A DNA stretch of 58,831 nt, the filler included, from Sluysia triapertura (taxonomy: Eukaryota): assembly GCA_046118255.1 (NCBI GenBank). It is 4 parts of 4 records of this genome, joined end to end, with 100 filler letters (N's around TTAATTAATTAA, not from the genome) between each part and the next. Parts side by side here need not be neighbours in the genome. Positions count along the whole stretch, not along the records: positions 1 to 12,055 come from JBJNIA010143721.1; 3 more parts are not named here. One strand, 5' to 3'. The first letter of the stretch is position 1. Each line of letters opens with the position of its first letter. Shown here in pieces: positions 1 to 12,155 of the stretch. Under the pieces are notes generated by a model. That model was not told the DNA's origin, did no database searches, and was given only the letters and a program-made list of their open reading frames with translations. Made by a program: the position numbers and the translations under genes.

Positions 1-122
1 GATTATGATCCTTAAAAATAAATAGTTATAACTTTTAAGGACATAATCAAGATACATTAAAATTACGTAACAAAAATATATATTCTTAATAATCGTACAA
101 CAAAACAAATCTGACATTTTAA

Positions 123-354
123 CCCATTAACGGCCAACATTTTTTTGAATTCCTGACAGGAAAAATTGTACATGTACACAAAAAGTTGAGTAACAATATA
201 ATTATAATCAAATTATCTTTTGTTAAAAAAATTAAGATTGACTTTTGTGTATAAAATGACTTCAAACTGTCAAATGCATCTGATATATTCTTTTGCGCCA
301 AATGGTGTACGTGAAATTCAAAAACCACAAATGCGAATTGTGGCAGTTTCTGGG
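123..354. mobile_element. piggyBac-type MITE (non-autonomous)
   Basis: TTAA at 119-122 and 355-358 flank imperfect TIRs: CCCATTAACGGCCA on the left, CCCAGAAACTGCCA as the reverse complement of the right end. TTAA|CCC...GGG|TTAA is the piggyBac signature. Confidence 0.55.
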
Positions 355-2722
355 TTAAAATGAAATCAAAAAGTAGGACAAAATAAAAAAATGCAAGAAA
401 CCTATATCTCGACACATTTTCGGAGAACAAAAAACTATGATTTTATTAAAATAGAAATGAAAAAATGAATTTTAACACAAATTAATACAAACTATTACAT
501 ACTACCAAAGAATGTTTATGAATGTACACTTTAGCCAAACACAGAGAAAATTAATTAATGTATAAGTGATATTGACCATATTATCACGACAGTGCTTGTA
601 TTAGAAACTCATATAATATAAGCTATATAAATTGCTAGTTTTTTCTTACTATTGTAAACATGAATTAATTTACATTACGCATTCGGCTACAGTATAGGTT
701 TTGTATTCCTTATAAATATGCACTTGCAGAATTTTAATTGCTCAACAAGTACGTTTCCAGACTTGAATTATTGTGCAAAATGTTAACTTGATTAATATCG
801 CAATTCGGGTTTAAAAATCACTAGAACAATTGATTTAAGAATATGTAAAAAGTAACACAATGATACGAATATTGTCTACAAAAATTATGCGCATAGCAAC
901 TAAATAAATCACAAATATAATTAAAATGATAAGTTTACTAATATATACGTAATTAAAAACAATTTATTTGCATTAATTAACTCCTCAGATTGAGTATTTC
1001 AAATTAAATTATAATATAGCAATTTAAATTTGAGTTGTGAAAAACTGAGTATATCACATTCATATTACTAAGATTTTGAATTACTAAGATTTCCCTTACA
1101 TGTATGTAAGGTAAAAAACATAATAAACTTACGGATTTTACAAAAGGAAATAGCTCGATCGTTAATTTGATTATTGATTAGCACGAGCGAATATTGGAAT
1201 AATATGAAAGAGCAAAAAATAACCTAAGAAATAAGTGAACTGGATCAAGAAAGCGTTGCTTTTTGTTAAGCCATTTCAATTTTATCTGATATTTAAAGAG
1301 ATTTTCTGTATAATTTTCAGTAAATATAATTATGTAGCTTATATCCAAAATACAGTAAATCTTTTATTTTCTTTTTAGCACAACAGAAAAAATTATTGGT
1401 AATATTTTTATTGCCATTTTATTTTTAGAGATTTTCTATATTCAGAAGAAAATGATAAATGGTTTTATTTTTTATTTTTAATATTATTTTTAGCAAGAAA
1501 ATTATTGGTCAATTAATTTTCATTTTTATCACTATTGTTATTATTTTCTAATTACAGGTACTAATTAAACTATAGGAAGTAATTAATTATAAAAAAATTG
1601 TAGAATGGAATTGAAGAATTTATTAGCCATAATATAATATAAACACTATATAAATACACAAAATATTGTTCGATTTAAAATATTATAGTAGAGCTCTCGT
1701 TTGATATAAACAGTTATTGTGTGATTTACAATATTAATTAAAACAGATTGTGGTATGACATATTGATCAACAAGTACTATGCATAAATTAAATTTAAAAC
1801 AATTTCAGAACTAATCTCCACGACATAAAGCGATTTGGTAGGTAAAATTTGTCGAAATAAAAATTACCACTATAAGTTAAATATATATAATAATTATGAT
1901 ACTTTTTATAATCGTAGTATAATGATAAAATATTACAACATTAGTTAAATTATAATTTTATAAGTCTAGAATAAGACATTTCATGCGACCTAACAAGGCT
2001 ATACTGTAATATTTAGAATAATATAGGAATATTTCTTACTATTTACAAATATAAAATTTGAAAATGTTTTATTGTGTAGTGTTATGATATCGATTTTCGA
2101 TTGCAATAGAAATTTTGTACGTTGAAGAAAATTATTTCTTCAGTGTAGATATGAAAGTACGTTTTTTATTTGGACAAATTGCAATGCATTAATTTGCTTC
2201 CAAAAAGAAAAATTACTTTAGTTTGAAATATTATAATCACTGGAAAATTATGAAGTATTTAAGACAAGGTTCCTTCTACCTAACAAATATTATGAATATT
2301 ATGAAATATTCTAAGCGCTTTTAAGTAACTTACTTTATAGTAGATATCAGCGCTTCAAAATTATTAAGTAATATAATTGATAAAAGATACAACTTGGACC
2401 GTGTACAAAAACGAATCATTTTATAATTAAAATAAAGATTGATAAATCGTCTGTATTTTTCAATCAAATAATAATTTGATTATATTGCCGATTATGTATG
2501 TAGCGTTTCTGGCTTAATGTTGCATATATGCTATTTCCTCATAGTAGGACAAATGCATTTATTTTTCTTAATATTTTTCATTTAGTTGTAATAGAGTGTT
2601 TATAATTTGTTTTAATATAAATTTAAATTTTTTATCGATATTAAAAAATGTTTAATAATTACTAAACTTTAAACTTAAAACATGATAAAATTTAGTTCAA
2701 AACAATAAATGAAGATATTTAA

Positions 2723-4891
2723 CTAACTTTCTTTCAAATTACCAAGAGATGGTGCCATATAATACTGATTGGACATCATCATCGTACTAGGTCTTCTTTT
2801 AACACAAACAATTCCAATTATGAGAAATAATGCAATAACCAAGGTGATAACAACCATACTGACTACAATAATCAAATTGAGACCGGATAAAGTTCCACCA
2901 GATTCCAATACATTGATAACTAGTATAGTTCTATTACTACGAGGTGGTCGTCCCATATCTCTGACAATCAATAAAACTTGATGTGTTCCACGAGGTAAAG
3001 GAGATATTCGTGTTATCATTATACCAGTTGTTACATTCAAATAAAACAAATCCTCCTTACTTGGTTCCAAGAAATAACGAACTCTACCAGCATCACCTTC
3101 GTCTACATCAATTGCTTCCAGTTTAATTATTTCTTTTCCAGCACCATATGTTTCTGTAACATTTATGTTAGGTGTTAACAGTTGAGGTGTGATCCATTGT
3201 GGATTATTATCATTCTCGTCCGTTACAATCACATAGACTTTAGAACTAGTAGATAGTTCTGGACTCCCATGATCACGAACTGTTACCAGCAAAGTATAAT
3301 TTGGATTCCTTTCTCGATCAAGCTCATCCAAAGCATAAATATCTCCAGTTAGTTGTATTTTGAAAATGTGATTACCTACTCGACCTCCAGTACTGTTAAC
3401 TACTTCTTTTAAATGAAATGTTATGTATTTATTTTCTCTATTAACATCATTATCAGTAGCACGCAATTTTCCTTCGAGCTTCGTATCCAATTTAGAATTT
3501 TCTCGAATATAAAATGTTAAAGAATCCTCATGAAATATTGGTGGATTATCATTTACGTCGTTTATTGTTACATAAACTACAACCTCATTGCTCTTAATAG
3601 GTTCAAGAATGGAATCTGTAACAACAACAGTAAATTTGTTTCGATTAATTTGTTCTCGATCAAAACTTGAAATGCCCGTCCAAATAACGCCAGTTTTTTC
3701 GTCTATTTCATAAAAATGTGTTTTCGATATTTCTTTGATTTGATAACGAAGATGTGCATTGCCATCTTGATCTGTGGCCATAACTTGAATTAATCGTACA
3801 CCTGGTACTGTATTTTCATTCAAATCTATTCTATATACACTTTCAGAGAATTTCGGTTGATATTCATTTATATCTTGAATGTTTATTTCAATATCTACAC
3901 TGCTACGTTGTGGAGGTTGGCCATGATCTTGACAATTAAATGTGGCTGTAATCCTTTTCTGCTGCTCATAATCAAAACGCATCCGAGTTTGTAATTCATA
4001 AACACTTGAATCTCTTTCGTTCAAAGTTAATTCACGTGCACCACCTCGTAATAAACACTCAACTTGCTTGTTTTTATCTAAATCATCATCTGTTACACGA
4101 AAAGCTAATAATTTCTGTGGTGATTCGTTTTCATTTAACCTAATAATTAACTTACCAGCCATTTCTATCACATTATTCTTTTCGAATACCTGTATCGTTG
4201 GGGCATGATCATTAATATCCTTTACACGTATACTTACAGTAGCATAATTGTTCTGATCAACTTTTAATGAATTTACATCGGTAGCAGTCACACGAAAACT
4301 AAACTGTTGAATTGCTTTTGCAGTTAAACGTTTACGTAATTTTAAATCACCGGTTCTTTCATTTAAATCAAAAGTATGCATAATTAATCGATAATTATTT
4401 GTATGAGTACTAGAAATTTCATACTTAGTTATATTGTATGGTTCATCATCTTTATCAACTGCTTTCAATGATAAAATTACTTGATTAAGTGGAAAATCTT
4501 CATTTATTTCTTTTTCATAATGAGACTTTGTAAAAATAGGTAGATTGTCATTTTGATCTATTACTAAAATACGAATAGTTCGATTCGCTGTTTTTGATCC
4601 ACCATCATAAGCAGTCAAAATTCCCATGTACATTTTCTGTTTTTCATAGTCCAAATCTTTGTGCAAGATCAAATACAAACGGTTAATGTCTATTTTTGAT
4701 AACTGAAATGTATTTGTTCTTTCAGTAAATGTATAACTTGTAATTTGGTTCGGTACAGAAATATCGTCATCACGCGCACTTTCGATAGAAATCATAGTAG
4801 ACATTAAACTATTTTCTTTAATTTTCACTATTTCAACTGGAGTATCAAATTTTGGAGAACAGTAAGATATATCAGGATCAGATATATTGTA
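2723..4891 (-). CDS. Protocadherin (delta/lophotrochozoan-type) large ectodomain+TM exon; N-terminus defective as assembled
   Basis: Six cadherin repeats with Ca-binding motifs (LDYE, DQNDNLP, DINDHAP, FDYE, DINEYQP, FDRE, DVNDNPP, LDRE, DENDNNP), then TM LNLIIVVSMVVITLVIALFLIIGIVCV and KRR. The frame stays open upstream of the annotated GTG as far as a TAA at 4892-4894. The ORF end overlaps a likely splice donor (AA|GTTAGT, ~2727), so cytoplasmic exons probably lie further left; none were identified in the window. Confidence 0.9.
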   Translation of the reverse strand, partial: YNISDPDISYCSPKFDTPVEIVKIKENSLMSTMISIESARDDDISVPNQITSYTFTERTNTFQLSKIDINRLYLILHKDLDYEKQKMYMGILTAYDGGSKTANRTIRILVIDQNDNLPIFTKSHYEKEINEDFPLNQVILSLKAVDKDDEPYNITKYEISSTHTNNYRLIMHTFDLNERTGDLKLRKRLTAKAIQQFSFRVTATDVNSLKVDQNNYATVSIRVKDINDHAPTIQVFEKNNVIEMAGKLIIRLNENESPQKLLAFRVTDDDLDKNKQVECLLRGGARELTLNERDSSVYELQTRMRFDYEQQKRITATFNCQDHGQPPQRSSVDIEINIQDINEYQPKFSESVYRIDLNENTVPGVRLIQVMATDQDGNAHLRYQIKEISKTHFYEIDEKTGVIWTGISSFDREQINRNKFTVVVTDSILEPIKSNEVVVYVTINDVNDNPPIFHEDSLTFYIRENSKLDTKLEGKLRATDNDVNRENKYITFHLKEVVNSTGGRVGNHIFKIQLTGDIYALDELDRERNPNYTLLVTVRDHGSPELSTSSKVYVIVTDENDNNPQWITPQLLTPNINVTETYGAGKEIIKLEAIDVDEGDAGRVRYFLEPSKEDLFYLNVTTGIMITRISPLPRGTHQVLLIVRDMGRPPRSNRTILVINVLESGGTLSGLNLIIVVSMVVITLVIALFLIIGIVCVKRRPSTMMMSNQYYMAPSLGNLKES

Positions 4892-5059
4892 TTAAAAAGA
4901 GTATTGAAGGAAAACAACAAAAATAACAGAAAGATAGATTGATAGTAAAAATGACGAAAAAAATAATAGGAATAAGGAAATAATAATAATGATAACAATT
5001 ATGTGGATATTATGTTTATTAATACTACCATTATGAAATTTATTATAGAAATTGTCGTA

Positions 5060-5297
5060 AAAGTTATTGTAAAAATTACTACATGATAATTATATTATCA
5101 AACAATAATGACTATATTTATTATATATATTTTAATACGATCTGAATTGTAATAATAATAGTGGTAGTTTCTGATGATTAGGTGTAATGATTATGTTTGT
5201 TTTTTGAATGAGTTTAATAGTTTGTTTAATAATCTGTGTATATGTGAAGTGTTTTTATGTGATAGACTGTGATGAATTTTGTGTGATGAATTCCCTA
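5060..5297 (-). repeat. Probable 5' untranslated start of the protocadherin exon; paralogous copy at 44375-44641
   Basis: Begins on the minus strand with a splice-acceptor-like TTTGTAG|GGAATTC. The copy at 44375-44641 is colinear and diverges a few bases beyond the same AG. Confidence 0.6.
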
Positions 5298-5299
5298 CA

Positions 5300-5333
<34 letters not shown>

Positions 5334-6291
5334 CAACATTAAACTACGTAAAAATTAATTACACAAATTAATACTACTTTTAAAGTAAATTCTTGTGAAA
5401 TTGTATTGATATGATACTGTTCCAATCAGATGTGCACTGGTTACGTTAGTGCTAATTCATATTTCATTGGAAGAATCCCTCATTATTAATCTTATAGTGA
5501 TTGACGAATACATTGAAAAATACCACAAATTTTAGTTACAATTATTAGATAGCAAAAATAAAATGATGGTAAAAAATTAGTAAGCAAAAAATGAAATTAT
5601 TGATAGATAAAATATTAATGAGTGAATTACTAACGGAATAGATTCCTATTTGGACTGCAGATGAATTAACTGAGATTGACGATAAATTATGAAAATTAAA
5701 TTATAAAAAAGGATTATCATCTGTTTATTCTGAATTCGATGATAATGAGATCAACAAAACATTTAAATAATAGTCATTTTACGTATTTATCAATTAAGTA
5801 AAATAAAGAATCAGTTTGAGTGATACTGAGAAAAATCTGTCATGTTTGGTTTATCTTTACTGTTACTAGAATTAGATTTTATGATATTCATATTTATCTC
5901 AAAATTTCTTACTCCTGGTTATATAGTATTTAAACTAGGTTCAACTTTAAAGATTAAAGCTCATTATTTTTATTTTACTTTCGTTTAATGTTTGATATTT
6001 CGTTTAAAAATTTTATTTTAATTATCTTAAAATTTAGTTTTGAAATATTTGAAGCTAGTTTAGGCCTGGCAAACTAATGCAACAGATTTTATATGACCAG
6101 TTAGCCCTTTAATATAACATCAAAAAACGGATGATCAATTAAACAAAAAACGAAAAATACAAATCTAACAAAGTTCGGTATTAGCAAATCATCGTTAAAT
6201 ATCATTGTCATTGAAACATGTTCTTTTAGTAGGGAAAGCATAATATTAAAACTTTTGCATACAATAAATATTATATATTACAAATATTAAA

Positions 6292-6426
6292 TGGACTGAC
6301 CGGGATTCGAACAGTTGGATGTTCTGACCATTAAGCTATCACCCCCAACTAACAATTTTAATTTTTTTATTATAGTCAATGATAATATCATTATTCTAAA
6401 TGGAACTTTAGGCCTGTACCTCAACA
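6292..6426 (-). repeat. tRNA-derived dispersed repeat, copy 1 (degenerate)
   Basis: Remnant A box (TAGCTTAATGG) and B box (TTCGAATCC) on minus. Shares the upstream flank TGTTG...AGGCCTAAAG..CCATTT..TTGACTATAATAA with copies 2 and 3. Confidence 0.65.
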
Positions 6427-6899
6427 ATATTATAGAATACAGATTTTTTATTTTACGGATCAGTAATAAAGTTTTGGAAATGTTTATTTTTTAAATGCTT
6501 TGATTTTGTTATTAACAAACTTGGTGTTGACCTAAAATGATTTAATCTAGTATAAGTAGTAATGATTTATAAACTTCATTTAAGTTAAATTTCATAAAAA
6601 TTCCATTAAAAATAACATCAACATTTATTTCATGTGGGCTTGATACAAACTTATACATACATAAACAAGAGCTTAGATAATGCATAAATTCTGTAAAGGT
6701 GTACAAAATTTTTATATTTCTATTTTATAAAAAATTATTAAAATTTATATTATTTAAAAAATTATTAGTTTAATTATATTAAAATTAAAATTATTATTAT
6801 AAATTAAAAAACATTATAAAAGAAACATCTAGAAACAATTTTGTTTAAATACATCTAATTTTATGTATATATAGACATGCACAAATAGAAAGCTGCCAT

Positions 6900-7952
6900 T
6901 TGTTAAATTAGAAGCCATCATTAAAAAATCAGATAAAGAAAACAAACAAGGAAACAATCACGTAATTTTCATCGTCAAGTAAACCCATTACAAAGAAATC
7001 GTTAGTGGCATCATCCAGTTCGTCGTCAACAAATTCATTATCAAATTTTTACAATTATTGTGCGATCCCCTAGTATTCGATTAGAGGGGTAGAATTTCCA
7101 AAGCAGCAATAATTAGATTTGACAATTCAATTTCAAGCAATATAGCCGGAGATTTTAAATAATTAATTAAAATTCATAAGTTTGATTTATATAAGTTGCT
7201 AAACTCACATAGAGTTATAAAATACACTTAAAATACTATTTTTCACGGTTTGTCATTAAGGCCAATCACAAAATCAATCTAAAATATAAAATCCTAGACC
7301 TTTAGTTGGCCCTTAAGGTCAGTTGTAAAATAGTTATTGTAAGGTAGAGTTTTTTAGCTAGACCCTTATTATAATTTAAAGATTATCTTTATTATAATTT
7401 TATTATTTTTGTGTTGTTAATAATTATTTAATTTACTAATTTATCACCATTTTTAATCTCATTTAGTGTAATAAAAAGCTTAGAATAATTTTGAGTTCTT
7501 TCTGTTATATAAACGTGTAACCTAAATTGAGTTTATAGCTATTTTACTTTACAAATTAATTCATAATTAACATATATTTTCTTGCAACAAAAAGTTACGT
7601 CGATTTCAATATTATTTCATTAAATACTACGTCGTTATATTAAGATTTAAGACATAAGAAGAGATACGTTTTTATACCATCATTATTTATTTGATTTGTT
7701 AATTTAAATATTCCATAAGCTAACGTTGGTCTTAATTAGTTTTTAGGTTATTTATTGTTAATTGACAAACTACGATTTTGCCCATTATTGTTAAGTTGAG
7801 GCAAAGAATATTTTTGTACGATTAATTTTGATTATTGCTTTCACGTAATTTTTACAGGTACGCCATTAGTGAGTCATATACTGAAACGGACTCATAATAA
7901 TTAATTATTTTTGCTGTAGGTTAGGTTTTTAGATTAAGAAAAACACCCAGCA
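6900..7952 (+). mobile_element. Solo-LTR-like block, homologous to 47060-48046
   Basis: Several colinear matches to 47060-48046. Both end in TTTTGCTGTA(A)GG...AAAACAC(C)CAGCA, similar to the 3' end of the LTR at 57419-58247. Left boundary uncertain. Confidence 0.45.
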
Positions 7953-8385
7953 CATATAATTAATTTAATATAGAGCATTTCTAACTTCCTTTAAGTCAGT
8001 TACAAAATCTTAGTTAAAATAATTTATTGATAATTACGGATAATCTAAAACTTTATTCAAAACTTCTTTATCGTTATTATATCATTGTATTTGTTTAATA
8101 AAATTTGACTTTTATAGTGACAATTTTTAGTTGAGTTTTTACGTTACAACATTTGTATAAAACACTTCGATAAATAAACTTTCTTAGTATTACATCATTT
8201 ATTTGTGAGATTTAATAAAAAATAACACAGTTAACCTAGACCCTCAAACTAAATATTGCATGATTATATTTTTGTAGTCCAAGCAAAGTCAGTGTAATGG
8301 ATAACTGTTATAACTCCTAAAATTTTAAAAGAAAAAATTAATTAAACCTGATACACACTCACAAAACAGTTCATTTGTCTAAATT

Positions 8386-9404
8386 AAACCATATTCACAA
8401 TCTCATAATATACAAACCACAATTACATACAATACAATCAACCTTCACCAACAAACCTACCAAAAACATAACTCAACATCAACTTCAACCAAATAATTTC
8501 CACATTTAAAATTATTTACTTTATACATTCGAATCAATTACAACACCTTAAATTCAGTTTTCGTCACTACCTGATCACCAACAACACAAAATACAACATC
8601 ACTTAAAAACAACGAATAAACAAACCACATAAAACACTGCGCATTAACCTTTCAAAAATAATAAGAATTGTATTACAATCCACCTTTTCACATTTACCAA
8701 ACTACACTCTTCTTAATAGGTCTTTTATTCACGATCTCCCAATATTCAAATATTACTCTCAACAAAAAACATAAATTAATATCTAAAAGTTCATTCTAGT
8801 GTTCTACACTGCATAAGAAATACTATCATACCTAGAGACCTTAACTACATATATAAAATTTATTTAAACTAATCTGTACTCAAAGATTTTTAGTTCCAAA
8901 ATATGTCAAGAATTAAAGAAAGAGACATAAAGATCGTGTATAGTTATTACAAGAAGTTTATGCCTTTTCTTTTTAACATTGGTAATAATAATAACAATAT
9001 TGCTGTTGTTATTGTTATTATCAATTTTATCATTATATTTGTACTTTTGATATTATCATCATTATTATTTTGGCCTTTTCAAATTTTTAAATCACAAAAA
9101 ACTCAGTAACTACCACTATTAGTAGTTAATTCATTTCTGTACATTTCAATCAACGTCACTATTGATAGTGGTTAGTTTGTTAGTTTATTAATTTACTAAT
9201 TTATCAAATTTGCACTGATATTACTGGCCATCCAACCAGAATCGTATTCATTTTTTGTCAGACAAACAATTCTGGTTGGATGACCAATCACCGGTCAACA
9301 GGTAATAAAAATTAAATTATAATAAATGTCATTTATTAGACTAGAGGTGCCATTTTTGTCTCAGTCATTGTCTCAATTTTTTAAACAATTATTTTTTTGA
9401 TACA
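8386..9404 (+). promoter_or_regulatory. ~1 kb repeated upstream module (CA-rich tract, TATATAAAA, CCAAT-containing hairpin); inverted homologue at 14960-16060
   Basis: Colinear anchors shared with the reverse complement of 14960-16060: AAACCATATT, TATATAAAA, GTCAAGAA..AAGAAAGA..AAGATC, AACT(C/G)AGT(A/T)ACTACCA, the hairpin, CAATTTTTTAA(A)CAATTA. Promoter function is inferred. Confidence 0.45.
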
Positions 9405-9869
9405 ATGTACGAATCCATCCTTGCTAATCATAAAGAAATAGCTATAAACTGCATTTATAATTTATCCGATATACTGGAAACCAGCTTATATCTTAGTAAT
9501 ATATTGTTTATCGAATACAGTCTAACTATTTTAGCAATGCATGTACCGCCGTAAAAGATTTTACTGTTGCTAATATGTCGTTCGAAGATCAACGTCAGAA
9601 AGATTGTAAACCAATATCAACAACTAGGCATCACATGTTTATGAATCGATACTGTGTTCGCTGAAAAGCACAATCGAAGTCAGAGGTTAAGTCCGAAATT
9701 CAGTTTAGAGCCAATCGGGTTGATTATATTTGTTTATCAAATTTCAAATGTTCGTAACATGGAATTAAATGCTAAACCAGACCAATTTGTTAGACTATAC
9801 TCTGATAATGAAATTCAACTTGAAAACTCGGTCAAACTAATTTCATGTAATATCAATAATGTCCACTAA
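9405..9869 (+). pseudogene. Degraded intronless orphan ORF
   Basis: ATG at 9405 (MYESILANHKEIAINC...), broken by stops/frameshifts, running into the 9654-9869 ORF. No recognisable domain. Confidence 0.3.
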
Positions 9870-10429
9870 AAAATATTAATGATCCTTCACTTCTGATAAT
9901 GACCAACGACAAATTAAAGTAAAATTCTTTATACTCAAGTTTCAAGAAAAATGTAAAGTTAACAACTATATTAATTCAAATTTTATATTTATTTCATATA
10001 TATGTTTATTTATGTATTTTGATATTGAATTACTGGATTCACTTAATAATCACGATTCTAGTTTTGTCACATTTTCTACTTTTAGTTCAGAAGTTGATCA
10101 TATTAATGTATACTTTGTTTTTGAAATCGATTGATATAGTCATAGTGTACACGTCCAGACTATTAGTTTCGATGAAGAATTCTAATCTAATTAGGTTTTA
10201 ATTGTAACAGTATCAAGTACAATGAACTTAATATTAGTATTATGAATAAAGACGCAATGAGAATTAATTATAAGATGAAAAGATTTTGTTATCACTAAAG
10301 GTTAAGGTTGAAGTTCTATCCTGAAGTATTATCAAATGTACTGAAGCTTAATACAATAAATTTAAACACACTATAACACCTTATCTAAAAGATTATTATT
10401 ATTATTTATAAATTTTTAATTCTTATACA

Positions 10430-10960
10430 AAAGACCTCTATATAACGAACACCAACATGTTCAATAAAAAAATAACGAATAATCTAATTAACATGTATTC
10501 ATAAAACAAAAATTTTCTACTAATGTTTCATCCATTAAGTCTTCTTTTCTTGAAATAGCATTTGAACTGATATTATTAATGCATTTGAAACATTCAAGCC
10601 ATCCATTTGAAGCTTTAAAAATATCCTTTCCAATTTTACTAGCAATTCGTAAGTATTTTTAAACTATCCATTTTTAAAGTGAAGTTTTTGCATCTTTGAA
10701 CTCATTTTTATTTACAATATCCATTCTATTTTGTTTATGGCTCTAATAATCATGTTAAACTTCGCTGCCAAATCTCTTCTTCAGTATTTGGTCAATAGTT
10801 CAACTTTTCCAACTTTTTTCTAATTATTCCGCACTTTCATTTAAGGGTTGAAAAATATTAAAATTTCAATAAAATTTAATATTAAAACAAAATGTTTTTT
10901 AACTTTATTTATTTATTCTTGAATCGATAATTCCACTTTTTCAAAAGTGGCGGTGTGACA
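10430..10960 (-). mobile_element. pogo/Tigger (CENP-B HTH) transposon remnant
   Basis: Minus-strand translation FKASNGWLECFK at ~10585-10620 matches the CENP-B-type HTH motif FKASxGWLxxFK. Tigger-like terminal sequence ACCTCTATATAACGAAC at ~10434. Confidence 0.65.
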
Positions 10961-12055
10961 ATATTTATAAATATTTCATAATTATATTTGTAATAAATAT
11001 TATTTTAATATAATATAGTATAGAAATAATACAAAAGATAATAAAAACATTATTTTATTTTAAAATTTTGTAAGGTTTTGCTATTTTAAAACAAATCAAT
11101 CTTTAAAAATTCTATTAAATGAAATAAAAACGGAAATATACGATTAATTTTAAGTAAAACAAAAGTATTATTTAAACGTATTGTTTATTTAGATTTAAAA
11201 ATAATTTATGAATACTTCTATAATATATAAGAACTAAGTTGCTAAAAAACAAAAAATATTTAAAACATTGTATAATTTTATATAAAATAAGTGAAAAATT
11301 CAAACAAAAATCAATCTACAGATATTTTTAATGAAGTATCCATTGCAATATAAATGTAACCAATAATACATTAAGTATTTGAAAAAGTTTTTGGAACAAA
11401 TCTTATTATTGTAAGTCAGTTTTTATAATTATTAAACGTGAAATATATTTTAAAAATATTATATTAGCATAAATAGATTGATATAATAAGTAATTAAATA
11501 TTTCTTTTGAATAATCTTAACTTTGTATATTATCTTCAAATAAATATGTAAAAATTAAATCAAATTTGAATATTTAAATAATGGATAATTTAAATATTCT
11601 TTGAAAACTATTTTAAATTGAAATGTATCACAATTGTTTATATTTTGTAATATTATTTTATTAATAATGCTATAATTATTAGGTATAATTTATCAAAATC
11701 TATCTCCTCTCTATTCAGTAGTAAATAAATTTTGTAAAATAATATTTATTTATAATATTATGTTACGATATACATTTGTTATTGAAGTACATAGGTTAAT
11801 TTTGATATGCTTATGCTTTGTGTTTTATTTTTGAAGTTTTTATTTTTAACTATTTTCAATTTTTAGTTTAATATTCTGTGGTACTAAACATTTGCTGTTT
11901 TAAACAATATTCTAATTAATTAAAATTTAAGCTGCACTTTTTTGTCTTGTGAAAATAAACTGCCTGAAATATGGATTTAATTATTTTTTATTTAAATTAT
12001 TATTTAATTATTAAATAAAGATATATTTAAAAACCGTAAATTTTATATATATATA

Positions 12056-12155
12056 NNNNNNNNNNNNNNNNNNNNNNNNNNNNNNNNNNNNNNNNNNNNT
12101 TAATTAATTAANNNNNNNNNNNNNNNNNNNNNNNNNNNNNNNNNNNNNNNNNNNN
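12056..12155. other. Artificial contig spacer (N44-TTAATTAATTAA-N44)
   Basis: Exactly 100 bp with a central 12-mer giving stops in all six frames; identical spacers at 24332-24431 and 44275-44374. Confidence 0.95.

Noticed and set aside
4892-4894. In-frame TAA as evidence of stop-codon reassignment
   Set aside because: The 2.1 kb protocadherin frame and the 390-aa ORF contain no internal TAA; a single lesion or assembly error is simpler.
12100-12111. Palindromic TTAATTAATTAA recurring three times
   Set aside because: Always centred in 44 N on each side; an assembly linker, not biology.
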